From Promethearchaeia archaeon (GTDB lineage: Archaea > Asgardarchaeota > Lokiarchaeia > Sigyniarchaeales > SOKP01): a DNA stretch of 64,000 bases. Where the stretch lies: NCBI GenBank assembly GCA_029856125.1, contig JAHQWJ010000007.1, positions 1 through 64,000 of the forward strand. The letters are read 5' to 3'. Below the pieces are notes generated by a model. It made no database searches, had not been told where the DNA came from, and saw only the letters and a program-made list of their open reading frames with translations. Positions within the stretch are counted from its first letter, which is position 1. Each line of letters begins with the position of its first letter. Shown here one piece after another: positions 40,772 through 49,730 of this stretch. Both the position numbers and the translations under genes were made by a program.

Positions 40772-41263
40772 ATGGCTTCAGACTATAGCGTAATTTGTAA
40801 ACTTGGAGGATATGTGAATTCTAATCCAGAGATTATTAGCTCCTATCCCTCGCTAGATCAGTCATTAGAAGCAGAAATCCTTTCAAAATGCTTTCCCTTG
40901 GGCTCAAAATATGGAGAATTCATTGTAGAAAAGCATCGTAAATATAGCGTGTTATCGTATGTTTTTAGGATCAATCAAATAGCAGAAAGAGATGATCTTT
41001 TCTCATTGTCGGTTTTATTAAATAAAAGAGATAAAACTGAGATATATATGCCAGTTTTGAAAAGCTTGATAGATAAATTGGATGAAAATAATATACTAAC
41101 TCAAGATATTCTAACTGAATACCAAAAGGTTATATTTGAAGGGATTAACCAAGAACAAGATATTGACATAGAAAATGTGTTAATAGATTTCTCGAACATT
41201 TTTAAAGAAATTAAATCGAAAATACTTAAAGAGAAACCAGAATTAAAAGGGAGTTTTTTATAA
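40772..41263 (+). CDS. Stand-alone uDENN/longin-like protein (cassette 1, gene A)
   Basis: PEIISSYP...EILSKCFPLG matches the uDENN P-x-I-x3-YP...CFP-x-G pattern; paralog at 53432. Confidence 0.6.
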   Translation: MASDYSVICKLGGYVNSNPEIISSYPSLDQSLEAEILSKCFPLGSKYGEFIVEKHRKYSVLSYVFRINQIAERDDLFSLSVLLNKRDKTEIYMPVLKSLIDKLDENNILTQDILTEYQKVIFEGINQEQDIDIENVLIDFSNIFKEIKSKILKEKPELKGSFL

Positions 41264-41923
41264 ATGGCTGAAGATTTATTTTTACACGGGCTGGAAAACA
41301 TTGGATATCTATTGAATGTTATTATAATCCCCTTGGCAACGGTTTTAGTAGGGAGGAAGCTTTTAAAGGAGAAAAAGGCAACTGGAAAATTAAATGATAT
41401 TCGTGCTATAATCTTCTTTGTATTCTTTAGTTTTTCAAACCTAGTAATACTAGAATTTCTCATCGGAACTCAATTTTACGATACAACAACAAGAGCATTT
41501 CTAGCAAGTATATTTGGTGGAACCCTTGATGTTTTTAATGTCTATTCATTTGTAATTGGAATCATCGCATCGTTAGGTCTGATGATGGTCGCTGTAGCAA
41601 ACAGATGGGACTTTTTGCAGTATACTTCTATGTTCTTCTTCGGAGGAATGATCCTACTATATACCTTTACTGGCTTCCAAGCATTTTTAGCGCCTTACAT
41701 ATATTTTGCAGGAGGTGCAAGCATAGTTTTTCTGTATCTAACAGCATTTCGTGTAAAAGATAATGGTGCTTTAGCACTGGCTATATTTTTTACTCTCGCC
41801 TTTGGCACTGTCATTGTTGATGTAGCTATGATCACAGGATTTGGCGTAATAATATACAATGGTGTGATCCTAATCTTTTCATTAGGATTGTTTAAACCGT
41901 TTAAAAAGGAGGTTATGGCTTAA
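41264..41923 (+). CDS. 7-TM membrane protein (cassette 1, gene B)
   Basis: Seven hydrophobic segments; ATG directly after upstream TAA; paralog at 53935. Confidence 0.75.
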   Translation: MAEDLFLHGLENIGYLLNVIIIPLATVLVGRKLLKEKKATGKLNDIRAIIFFVFFSFSNLVILEFLIGTQFYDTTTRAFLASIFGGTLDVFNVYSFVIGIIASLGLMMVAVANRWDFLQYTSMFFFGGMILLYTFTGFQAFLAPYIYFAGGASIVFLYLTAFRVKDNGALALAIFFTLAFGTVIVDVAMITGFGVIIYNGVILIFSLGLFKPFKKEVMA

Positions 41924-41924
41924 A

Positions 41925-42575
41925 ATGGCGGAAATTGGCTTTTTAGTCGTTGAAATCATTTATTTTATATTTGGTATATTAACGATCTTGAAGACTATGA
42001 AAAATTGGAAGTTGAATAAGAATAGGATGCTTCTTACCGTAACTGTCTATATTTCTTCCATTCTTGTGAGATCTATTATTGATATGGGTGTTTATGCCTC
42101 AGGTTTTGATATCGATATTACAGTAGCGGGGGGGCTTGATATAGGTATGATTATGGGATTCATATTATTTACGATTCAACTTGAATTTATGTTTTATTTA
42201 ATGGATTTACCCAAATTATACACGCTTCCAGTTATTATCACTACTTATCTAATGATGGGAAGAATCTTAGTTGATTCGAGTATACCTTTTATTATATATG
42301 CTATGATAACTGGTTATGGATCCGCGTTCTTTCTTATAAAAGATGGAAGAAAAAGTCGTAATGGATTAGCTATTGGAATGGGTTTGTTCTTTCTTTTTTG
42401 GGGTCTCGGATCTACCTTCCAAATTGAAATTCTATTTGTCTCTTTGAGATTAGTTGCAATGATAGCACTCTTTCTAGGAACAAAAGGTTTTTATGAGAAA
42501 TATGTATTCGTCAATGTCGAAGAAGAGCAGAAAATAATGGGAACCTGGATTGCAAAATTGGTAGTAAAGGAATAA
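41925..42575 (+). CDS. 7-TM membrane protein with conserved cytoplasmic tail (cassette 1, gene C)
   Basis: Seven TMs; GRKSRNGLA loop; tail EEQKIMGTWIAKL; paralog at 54581. Confidence 0.75.
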   Translation: MAEIGFLVVEIIYFIFGILTILKTMKNWKLNKNRMLLTVTVYISSILVRSIIDMGVYASGFDIDITVAGGLDIGMIMGFILFTIQLEFMFYLMDLPKLYTLPVIITTYLMMGRILVDSSIPFIIYAMITGYGSAFFLIKDGRKSRNGLAIGMGLFFLFWGLGSTFQIEILFVSLRLVAMIALFLGTKGFYEKYVFVNVEEEQKIMGTWIAKLVVKE

Positions 42576-42839
42576 TAACGATTTTTTTTATTTTTTTCTT
42601 ATAACGTTAATTCTATTTGGAATATCAACAAGATTTTAATCTAATTTTAGCTTTGTATTTTTATTGTTAATTCATTTTATTCTATTGATAAAAAGGAAAA
42701 TAAACGCAGCAAAAAAATAATTCTGTGGCAACATAACAAACAAAAGAATAAATAATTTCGTTTTTAACTGTAAAGTTATACTATATTTTCAAGATATAAT
42801 TTTAAGTATTTTTCATAAAATAAATTAAAACTGAGCAAA

Positions 42840-43736
42840 ATGGGAATTAAAGATATTTTAAAACGAGTATTTACCAAAGAAAAAAAGATTGTTATAACCG
42901 GGCTTGACAGTGCTGGCAAAACGACCATGATTAGCTTCCTACAGAATGGAACTTTCATGGAACATGCACCAACGATGGGCAAAGAGTTATCTCAAATTGA
43001 AGTTCAGGGAATTCGTATAAATGTTATGGATATGGGTGGGCAAAAGGATTTCAGAAGTTTATGGGTTGGAGAAGCCTCGACTGCTGAGTGTGTAATATTT
43101 ATGATCGACGCATATGCTCCAGAAAGATTCAACGAAGCTAGAAACGAGCTATGGAAATTATCTTCTATTTTTAAGAAGAAACCCTTGATAATATTAGCAA
43201 ATAAGTACGATTTGCAACCGGTTGCATCAATTAGTGAAATTATCGAAGCTTTGAATTTGAAAGATCTACCCTCTTTTGAAGTATTACCGATTTCGTGTAA
43301 AACTGGGTATGGAATTGTAAAAGCATTTATGAAGATTTATTACAAATTGACTGGCCAGCTTCTAACCCAAAAGACAAACCTTCGAGCGATTACCGTTTTT
43401 GATCAAGGGGGAATTCCTTTAACGTCATCTTCAAACGAAGATATATTACAAGGGGGATTATTTACCGCCATCAATAATTTTGTAAGAGAGTCTTTTAATT
43501 CAGAACTCGATCAACTTAAAATGGGAGGACATCTTATCCTCTTCAAACGATCTAAACATCTTATGGGCTCAATAGTAGTTAGTGAAAACGACAACATTGA
43601 TATCCAAGAAATAGAATCAGGATTAAATGATTTATTGCTCCATTTAGAGCACATGTGCCCTGAGCTCGAGAAAGATCAATTAAATTCTAGTAAAATTGAG
43701 TATTTAGTGGAACAATACGCTTCAAATCTGTTATAA
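42840..43736 (+). CDS. Arf-like GTPase fused to C-terminal longin domain (cassette 1, gene D)
   Basis: MG-amphipathic helix, GLDSAGKTT, PTMG, DMGGQ, NKYD, SCK; then ITVFDQGGIPL..GLFTAINNFVRE longin. Confidence 0.9.
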   Translation: MGIKDILKRVFTKEKKIVITGLDSAGKTTMISFLQNGTFMEHAPTMGKELSQIEVQGIRINVMDMGGQKDFRSLWVGEASTAECVIFMIDAYAPERFNEARNELWKLSSIFKKKPLIILANKYDLQPVASISEIIEALNLKDLPSFEVLPISCKTGYGIVKAFMKIYYKLTGQLLTQKTNLRAITVFDQGGIPLTSSSNEDILQGGLFTAINNFVRESFNSELDQLKMGGHLILFKRSKHLMGSIVVSENDNIDIQEIESGLNDLLLHLEHMCPELEKDQLNSSKIEYLVEQYASNLL

Positions 43737-43855
43737 ATCTGTTTTTAGTTTTTTTTCTTTTTAAATCTTTTTATTTAATAAAATACTTAATCGTTAAATT
43801 AGTGTATATTAAAGCTTCTTATTCAAACTGAGAATAACTATTATAAGAGAAGGCG

Positions 43856-46213
43856 TTATTTATTACTGAATTTCTCTAATAAACCTTTTTGAAGCTTATC
43901 TATTGACTCTTTAATGGTATCAATAAAAGGATTAATCTCTTTCCCAAGATCCGGGTTAATATCAATTGCTTTTTCGAGGTTTTGAAGTGCTGAATGGTAA
44001 TCGTTCTTATCTAAATAGGCATAGCCCATAAAAAACCAAGCAGTCGCATAATTCGGATCTATTTCTGTTGCTTTTTTATAGGATTCAATTGCTACGTCAT
44101 ATTGTTCCTCGTGTTTATAAGCATTTGCCAAATTATAATGTGCTAAAGTATAAGTGGATTCAAACCCAACCGCTATTTTATAAGAATCTATTGCTTGATC
44201 AAATTGATCTAATTTTTCGTAACTAAAACCCATGTGGTTCCAAGCTTTTGCGTGGTTCGGATTGAGATCGATGGTTTTTTTGAAGTACTCAATCGCGGTA
44301 TTATAATCTTGTTTCTCGTTATTTGCAATGCCAATGTAGTAATAAGCGTCGATATAAGTGCTATCTAATTCTATCGCTTTATTACAATCTTTGATAGCGG
44401 TATCGTAAGATCGTTTTTCAATTTCTAATTTCGCTTTTTCTATCAACTTTAATCTGTATTCGTATTTTATAGCGATGCGATTTTTAAATTCTGGACTTTT
44501 TATTGAATCGTTAATGTTAATTGCATTTTCAAAGTTTTTGAAGGATTCACCAAAATTGGTACTTTCTGCTAGTTGGACGCCCTGTTCGACTAGTAGTTTA
44601 ATTTTAGAATAAAATACCTCGTCAATGGATTTCTTGATCAGCTCCATCTCTTGAAATCTACGCGTAGGGTCATCTATTGTTTTTGCGTAATCCATTTTTT
44701 TATTTAGTTTATCTAACTCCTTTTCAAATTTTTGGAGTTCTTCAGATAAATCCCCACGATCTACTAAATCTTTTAATTCTGCTTGATACACCAGCCCTTT
44801 TATTTTATTAATTTCTTCTTCCATTTCTTGCGTTAAGTACATTTTATTAGTTCCTTCTAATGCTCTATTAAAGGTTTTAATAGCTTCGTCGTAATTTTTG
44901 TTCGCCAACTTATCATTTCCTTCCCTAACAACTTCCTCTATTTGAGCCAAATACACTTTGTTGACTGTATTTTTTAAATCTTCTAAGTCTTCGTTAGTTT
45001 CCTCAGAGATTGGTAGTCTTTTTGCTATGCTAATTGCTGCATATAGATCATTAATAGCCTTTTCGTAGTCTCCTTGCCCAATTTTTTGAATAGATTTCTC
45101 TTTAATAAATTTGATCCGAATTTTGCACGTATTATTAATAGATTTAGTTATTTCACTTAAGGTTTCGCTCTTCTCGTTTGAATCAGCCATTTTTTCTGCC
45201 AATTCTAAGGACTTGTCGAAAAAATCTAATGCATCATTCACTACAGCTATATTTTCTTCAAAGTTATCTTTAATTGTTAGTTCTTTTCCTTTATTAAGGA
45301 TAGGATTAATTTTCTCCAAATAAATTGGATTTAGCACTACTGATGCCATTGAATTGATTCTTTGTATTTCTGATTTCTTGTAATCCGAATCTACCATTTT
45401 TTTAGAAATACCTATAGCTTCTTTGTATTTTTTAGTAGCGTCCTCGAAAGTGTTTTCTTCATATCGTTTTTTACCGTCTTCCATGATAGCATTTATTTTC
45501 TCTGAGTATAATTGATTGCTCAAATTAATTGAATTCTGTTTATCCGTGTGTTTTAATTCAGAATCAAAATATTTATCCACTATCTTCAAAGCCTGCTGGA
45601 ATTCTTCAAGGGCTTTATCTAGATTACCAATTTCTTTAAATTGATTAGCTTTTTCAATCACAGCGGAAACTTTTAATGAAAAAGTTTGATTAATAGTATC
45701 TTCAATTTTTTTTATCATTTGATCTTCTAAATCTTCCATGTAAAAATCTTTTGCAGCGTCTAGTGTGTCGTATAACATGCCTATGGCTTTATCTAGCTCT
45801 TGTTTATTCTTCACTAGGATGGCTTGATAGAGAGATTCTTCGATCCTTGTTTTATTTATCAGATAACTAATCTCTTTGACATCATAATCTTTCATATCTT
45901 TATCTACTATCTTGTCAGCAATTCTCGCTGCTTCGTCGAAAGTGTTGAAAGCAGAACCAAAATCTTTATCTATTATGAAAGTTCTTGCCTCGTCAATAAT
46001 ATCTATGATTTTAACAGAATATATTTGATCTATTTGGGATTTAATGTTTCTTATTTCATCCTTGCGCTCCTCTGGTTCTTTAACTCTCTCTTCGACGAAT
46101 CTTAGAGCTTCTAAATACTTTTCGACAGCGTCATTGTATTTTTTAAGATTTTTAAATTCATTCCCTTCTTGCATGATGGAATTAAGTTTCTTTAAGTCAG
46201 ATTTCTTTACCAT
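43856..46213 (-). CDS. Large TPR / alpha-solenoid protein
   Basis: Canonical TPRs at C-terminus (AWNHMGFSY, AHYNLANAY, AWFFMGYAY); degenerate helical repeats before. Confidence 0.88.
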   Translation of the reverse strand: MVKKSDLKKLNSIMQEGNEFKNLKKYNDAVEKYLEALRFVEERVKEPEERKDEIRNIKSQIDQIYSVKIIDIIDEARTFIIDKDFGSAFNTFDEAARIADKIVDKDMKDYDVKEISYLINKTRIEESLYQAILVKNKQELDKAIGMLYDTLDAAKDFYMEDLEDQMIKKIEDTINQTFSLKVSAVIEKANQFKEIGNLDKALEEFQQALKIVDKYFDSELKHTDKQNSINLSNQLYSEKINAIMEDGKKRYEENTFEDATKKYKEAIGISKKMVDSDYKKSEIQRINSMASVVLNPIYLEKINPILNKGKELTIKDNFEENIAVVNDALDFFDKSLELAEKMADSNEKSETLSEITKSINNTCKIRIKFIKEKSIQKIGQGDYEKAINDLYAAISIAKRLPISEETNEDLEDLKNTVNKVYLAQIEEVVREGNDKLANKNYDEAIKTFNRALEGTNKMYLTQEMEEEINKIKGLVYQAELKDLVDRGDLSEELQKFEKELDKLNKKMDYAKTIDDPTRRFQEMELIKKSIDEVFYSKIKLLVEQGVQLAESTNFGESFKNFENAININDSIKSPEFKNRIAIKYEYRLKLIEKAKLEIEKRSYDTAIKDCNKAIELDSTYIDAYYYIGIANNEKQDYNTAIEYFKKTIDLNPNHAKAWNHMGFSYEKLDQFDQAIDSYKIAVGFESTYTLAHYNLANAYKHEEQYDVAIESYKKATEIDPNYATAWFFMGYAYLDKNDYHSALQNLEKAIDINPDLGKEINPFIDTIKESIDKLQKGLLEKFSNK

Positions 46214-46388
46214 ATTCTATTCGCCTAATCTATTTATCAGAAACATTTTACATTTTAACAACTAATCCACTAGAATTATTCTAAATTTTAAAAACTTTTC
46301 TTATAAATTACTTACTCAAAGGAAAAAATCAATTTTTAATTTATTTAAATCAATTCTTATATTATAAAAATTAACAAATATTGGTTTT

Positions 46389-48008
46389 ATGAGCATGACA
46401 AATTTAGAAAAAAAAATTTATTTTGGAGGCTCAATAGTAACTATAAACGAAAATCAACCCTTCGTTGAGGCTGTAGGAATTAAAGGAGATAAAATAGCTT
46501 CTGTGGGAACATTGGAAGTAGTTAAACTTGAAATGGGCAAAAATTGTGAGTTCATTGATTTAAAGGGAAATACATTACTTCCAGGCTTTATCGACTGTCA
46601 TTTGCACCCGATGGGTTATATAAGCCATTTATTAAATCCTGATTTAACTAATGTTAAAAGTCTAAAGGAATTAAAGGATTTGTTAAAAATTTTATCAGAA
46701 GAAACAAAAATAGATGAATTTATAATCGCTTATAATTTTAGTGAAGAAAGATTCGATGATCCGATATTACCCAATAGATGGGATATTGATGAAGTATGTC
46801 CTAATCATCCCGTTTTCATTTTACGATATGATGGTCATATTGGTATCGCTAACACAAGAGCATTGAATCTGGTAGAATTAGATGAAGATACTCAAGCTCC
46901 CGAGGGTGGTGAAATCAGAAAAGATAAAAGTGGCAATCTTACTGGTGTCATTTCAGAAAACGCGTTAAACTTAATCTTTACAAAAATTCCTACTCCAAAT
47001 GATGTAAAAATTGCTGCAGCTACTAAAAAAGGCTCTAATAATTTAGCTCAAAAAGGTTTAACTTCATTTCATGGCATCATCAACGCTGATGCTCGTTCTA
47101 AAACTAGTAATCGAAAAACAGATGAATTTTCCCTCTTTACTTCGGTTAAGAACTATTTTTTGCAGGATTGTTACACCTTTATAGAAACTAATTATCCCGA
47201 AAAAGTAATTGAATTAAGTAAAAGCTCTTTAAACGAATGTTATTCTGATAGTAAAGCAAAAATAGGAGGATTAAAACTTTATCTCGACGGTTCATTCGGA
47301 GCAAAAACTGCGTGTATGTTTGAACCCTTTACTGATGCACCGGAAGAATGCGGGTTTTGCGTAATTGAAGAAGAAGATATATATGAAAAAATGAAAGTCG
47401 CTCATAACAATAGACTTCAAATTGTAATTCACGCAATCGGAGATAAAGCAAACCGGATAGCTATGGATTTGTATAAAAAACTATTGACTGAATATCCTAG
47501 GAATGATCCCCGTCACCGAATAGAACATGCGTCTATGCTAACTGAAGATGTTATTAACGATATGTCTGAATATGGTATTATCGCGTCTTGTCAACCTCCC
47601 TTTATTAATTCTGAATACAACTGGATAGCAAAACGAATTGGTGAAGAGCGATGCAAGTATACATATCCAATAAAATCAATAGTTCAAGCTGGTGTTGTTT
47701 TAGCTTCAGGATCAGATTGCCCAGTTGAAGACCCTAACCCTATTTTGGGGCTACATGCGTTAGTAACAAGAAATTCCTTCGTCCCTGAAGAGTGTCTAAA
47801 CGTAGAAGAGGCTTTAAAATCGTACACTATTAATGCCGCATATGCCGCTTTTGAAGAAGATGTTAAAGGCAGTATAGAAGTGGGAAAATTGGCCGATTTT
47901 GTAATCTTGGATCGTAATCCTTTAAAAGTTCCAAAAGATGAAATTAAAGAGATCCGGGTAATGAAAACTATTATAAGAGGTAAAACGGTTTTTAAGATGC
48001 AGAGTTAA
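46389..48008 (+). CDS. Amidohydrolase 3 (YtcJ-like)
   Basis: PGFIDCHLH, KLYLDGS, HAIGD, RHRIEHAS, GSDCPV, GKLADFVILD. Confidence 0.92.
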   Translation: MSMTNLEKKIYFGGSIVTINENQPFVEAVGIKGDKIASVGTLEVVKLEMGKNCEFIDLKGNTLLPGFIDCHLHPMGYISHLLNPDLTNVKSLKELKDLLKILSEETKIDEFIIAYNFSEERFDDPILPNRWDIDEVCPNHPVFILRYDGHIGIANTRALNLVELDEDTQAPEGGEIRKDKSGNLTGVISENALNLIFTKIPTPNDVKIAAATKKGSNNLAQKGLTSFHGIINADARSKTSNRKTDEFSLFTSVKNYFLQDCYTFIETNYPEKVIELSKSSLNECYSDSKAKIGGLKLYLDGSFGAKTACMFEPFTDAPEECGFCVIEEEDIYEKMKVAHNNRLQIVIHAIGDKANRIAMDLYKKLLTEYPRNDPRHRIEHASMLTEDVINDMSEYGIIASCQPPFINSEYNWIAKRIGEERCKYTYPIKSIVQAGVVLASGSDCPVEDPNPILGLHALVTRNSFVPEECLNVEEALKSYTINAAYAAFEEDVKGSIEVGKLADFVILDRNPLKVPKDEIKEIRVMKTIIRGKTVFKMQS

Positions 48009-48081
48009 GACCTCCAAAAAATTCTCTAGCTAGCCGAATTTTTCCTCTAGAAAGACCTTTTTATTTAAACATATATTCTTA

Positions 48082-48143
48082 TTCCTCGCGGGAAGTATCC
48101 TCCATTAACAATAATTTTTTTAATGGAATCATCTACAAAAGAT
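48082..48143 (-). ncRNA. Eukaryote-type SECIS-like stem-loop (cis-acting element)
   Basis: Minus strand AUGAU-UCCAUUAA-AAAAAUUAUUG-UUAAUGGA-GGAU: AUGA/GA core, 8-bp helix, A-rich loop, weak GU-rich lower stem. Confidence 0.45.
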
Positions 48144-48145
48144 TA

Positions 48146-48349
48146 CTATTTTCTCTCAGCGACAATTAAATAGAACACAACTAAAATTGCAGAAACTATA
48201 TAACCCACGGCTGAGATTATATCGAATTCAATCACTCTATTACCTCAAGCTAAAATATCATTTGCCATAATTGTCCCGAAAACCCCCATAGCTAAGAATA
48301 CAGTACTTAAAGTTAGTAAGAACATAGGTAAAGCTTCTAAAAATCTCAC
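48146..48349 (-). CDS. Small 2-TM protein with in-frame UGA: candidate selenoprotein (alternatively a TGG>TGA pseudogene)
   Basis: GTG start; MRFLEALPMFLLTLSTVFLAMGVFGTIMANDILA-TGA(48247-48245)-GNRVIEFDIISAVGYIVSAILVVFYLIVAERK-TAG; SECIS-like hairpin 13 nt after the stop. Confidence 0.45.
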
Positions 48350-48454
48350 TTTCTAATCTTCTCTTTAATATTTTCTATGTATTATTATGTAAAACAGAAA
48401 TGATACTTATAAATTTTATATATAAGGGGAAAAAAAAGTGATCAAAAACGAGAA

Positions 48455-49606
48455 TTAATCTGTAAAATAAAGGTGTTCATCAAAACCAGTTTCGCTTATA
48501 AGATCTTGACCAAGCTTTTGAATCGCTTTTTTAGATGGCTTTTGTAAAATGCGTCTGCAAATGTTAACAACTTTAGTTAATTTGGCATCGGAAAAATCCC
48601 GCACAATATTATCATATCTTGAAAAATCTATTCCTGCTGTGTAAACTCCAGCACTGGAGTGGTCTGCAGATGATGAGACTTGCCAATGCTCTACTTTTAA
48701 CTCAATTTTTGAAAGTAGTAAACTATCGGTAAACCATTCAATGTACAAATCCATTCTTTTTGATTTTCTTTTTGTTGTTTTAAGTATTTTAAGCGCACGA
48801 GTTAATCTATCGGGGTGCATTTGTCTAAATACTTTCTCTTGAAGATCGGAGAGGTCATCTTTAACGTGTGCTTTTATCTCATCTAGAATAACAATTACTT
48901 TTTGCGCTCTTTCTTCTGTAATATCTTGATGAATAGTTTGTATATGTTGAGCAATTGATGCGTTTAAACCATTACTTTGATCTATCGACGTTTCTTGAGG
49001 ACTTTGCTCGGATGTAGAGGAAGTTTGTTGTATTTCCGAAGGTAAATTATAAATTTCTCTTTGTTGTAGGTTAAACAAGGCCTCTAATCTCGAAGGATCT
49101 TGTCGCACTTCGTTAAATTTTTCTTGAATATCTTCTCGAGAGTATCCCATGTTCATTAGATAAAACGCAGCGCTTGCTAATTGGTTTTCTAGTGCTTCTG
49201 CAGTGTTGTAATTACCACCACCGAATTGTTGTCGTAGTTGGTCATCTGCTACCAAGCTAATTTTTTCTTCGATTATTTCATCGAGCTTGAGATCGTTTAT
49301 TTTCGTTAAAATGTATTCTACTTGATCGCTTCCAAGATAGCTAAGATTCCCAATAGGACCAACTATATAAGCGATTTTTTCCATCTTCTTTAATAATTCG
49401 GCTATGTCGTTCTGAGATTTACCCTTTGAAATCGTTAAAAAATGTTCCAAGAAGTTTTTATTAAATCCAGCAATGATTTTAACATAGTCCTCATCGAATT
49501 TATTAAGATGATCATCTAATCCATTGTTCTGAAATTCTGGAGGTAGATTAATATTATAGACCATAATATTATCTAAAACCATGTAAACATAATCAGATTT
49601 GTTCAT
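48455..49606 (-). CDS. Hypothetical protein with internal UBA-like motif and Q/S/T-rich linker
   Basis: AAFYLMNMGYSREDIQE resembles the UBA L-x-x-MG-Y/F-x-R motif. Confidence 0.55.
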   Translation of the reverse strand: MNKSDYVYMVLDNIMVYNINLPPEFQNNGLDDHLNKFDEDYVKIIAGFNKNFLEHFLTISKGKSQNDIAELLKKMEKIAYIVGPIGNLSYLGSDQVEYILTKINDLKLDEIIEEKISLVADDQLRQQFGGGNYNTAEALENQLASAAFYLMNMGYSREDIQEKFNEVRQDPSRLEALFNLQQREIYNLPSEIQQTSSTSEQSPQETSIDQSNGLNASIAQHIQTIHQDITEERAQKVIVILDEIKAHVKDDLSDLQEKVFRQMHPDRLTRALKILKTTKRKSKRMDLYIEWFTDSLLLSKIELKVEHWQVSSSADHSSAGVYTAGIDFSRYDNIVRDFSDAKLTKVVNICRRILQKPSKKAIQKLGQDLISETGFDEHLYFTD

Positions 49607-49730
49607 GAGAGCGCTTATCGGTTAGAATTGTTAATCTAATTTTATAGAAATTAGATTTATTGCAATGTAAATTTACTAAATAATAAAATTTGTACAATAA
49701 ATACTTTACATTATCGAATTATTATTATTA

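Noticed and set aside
41264-42575. 7-TM proteins as microbial rhodopsins or heliorhodopsins
   Set aside because: No conserved TM7 retinal-binding Lys (DxxxK/SxxxK); the Lys in GTKGF is absent from the second copy
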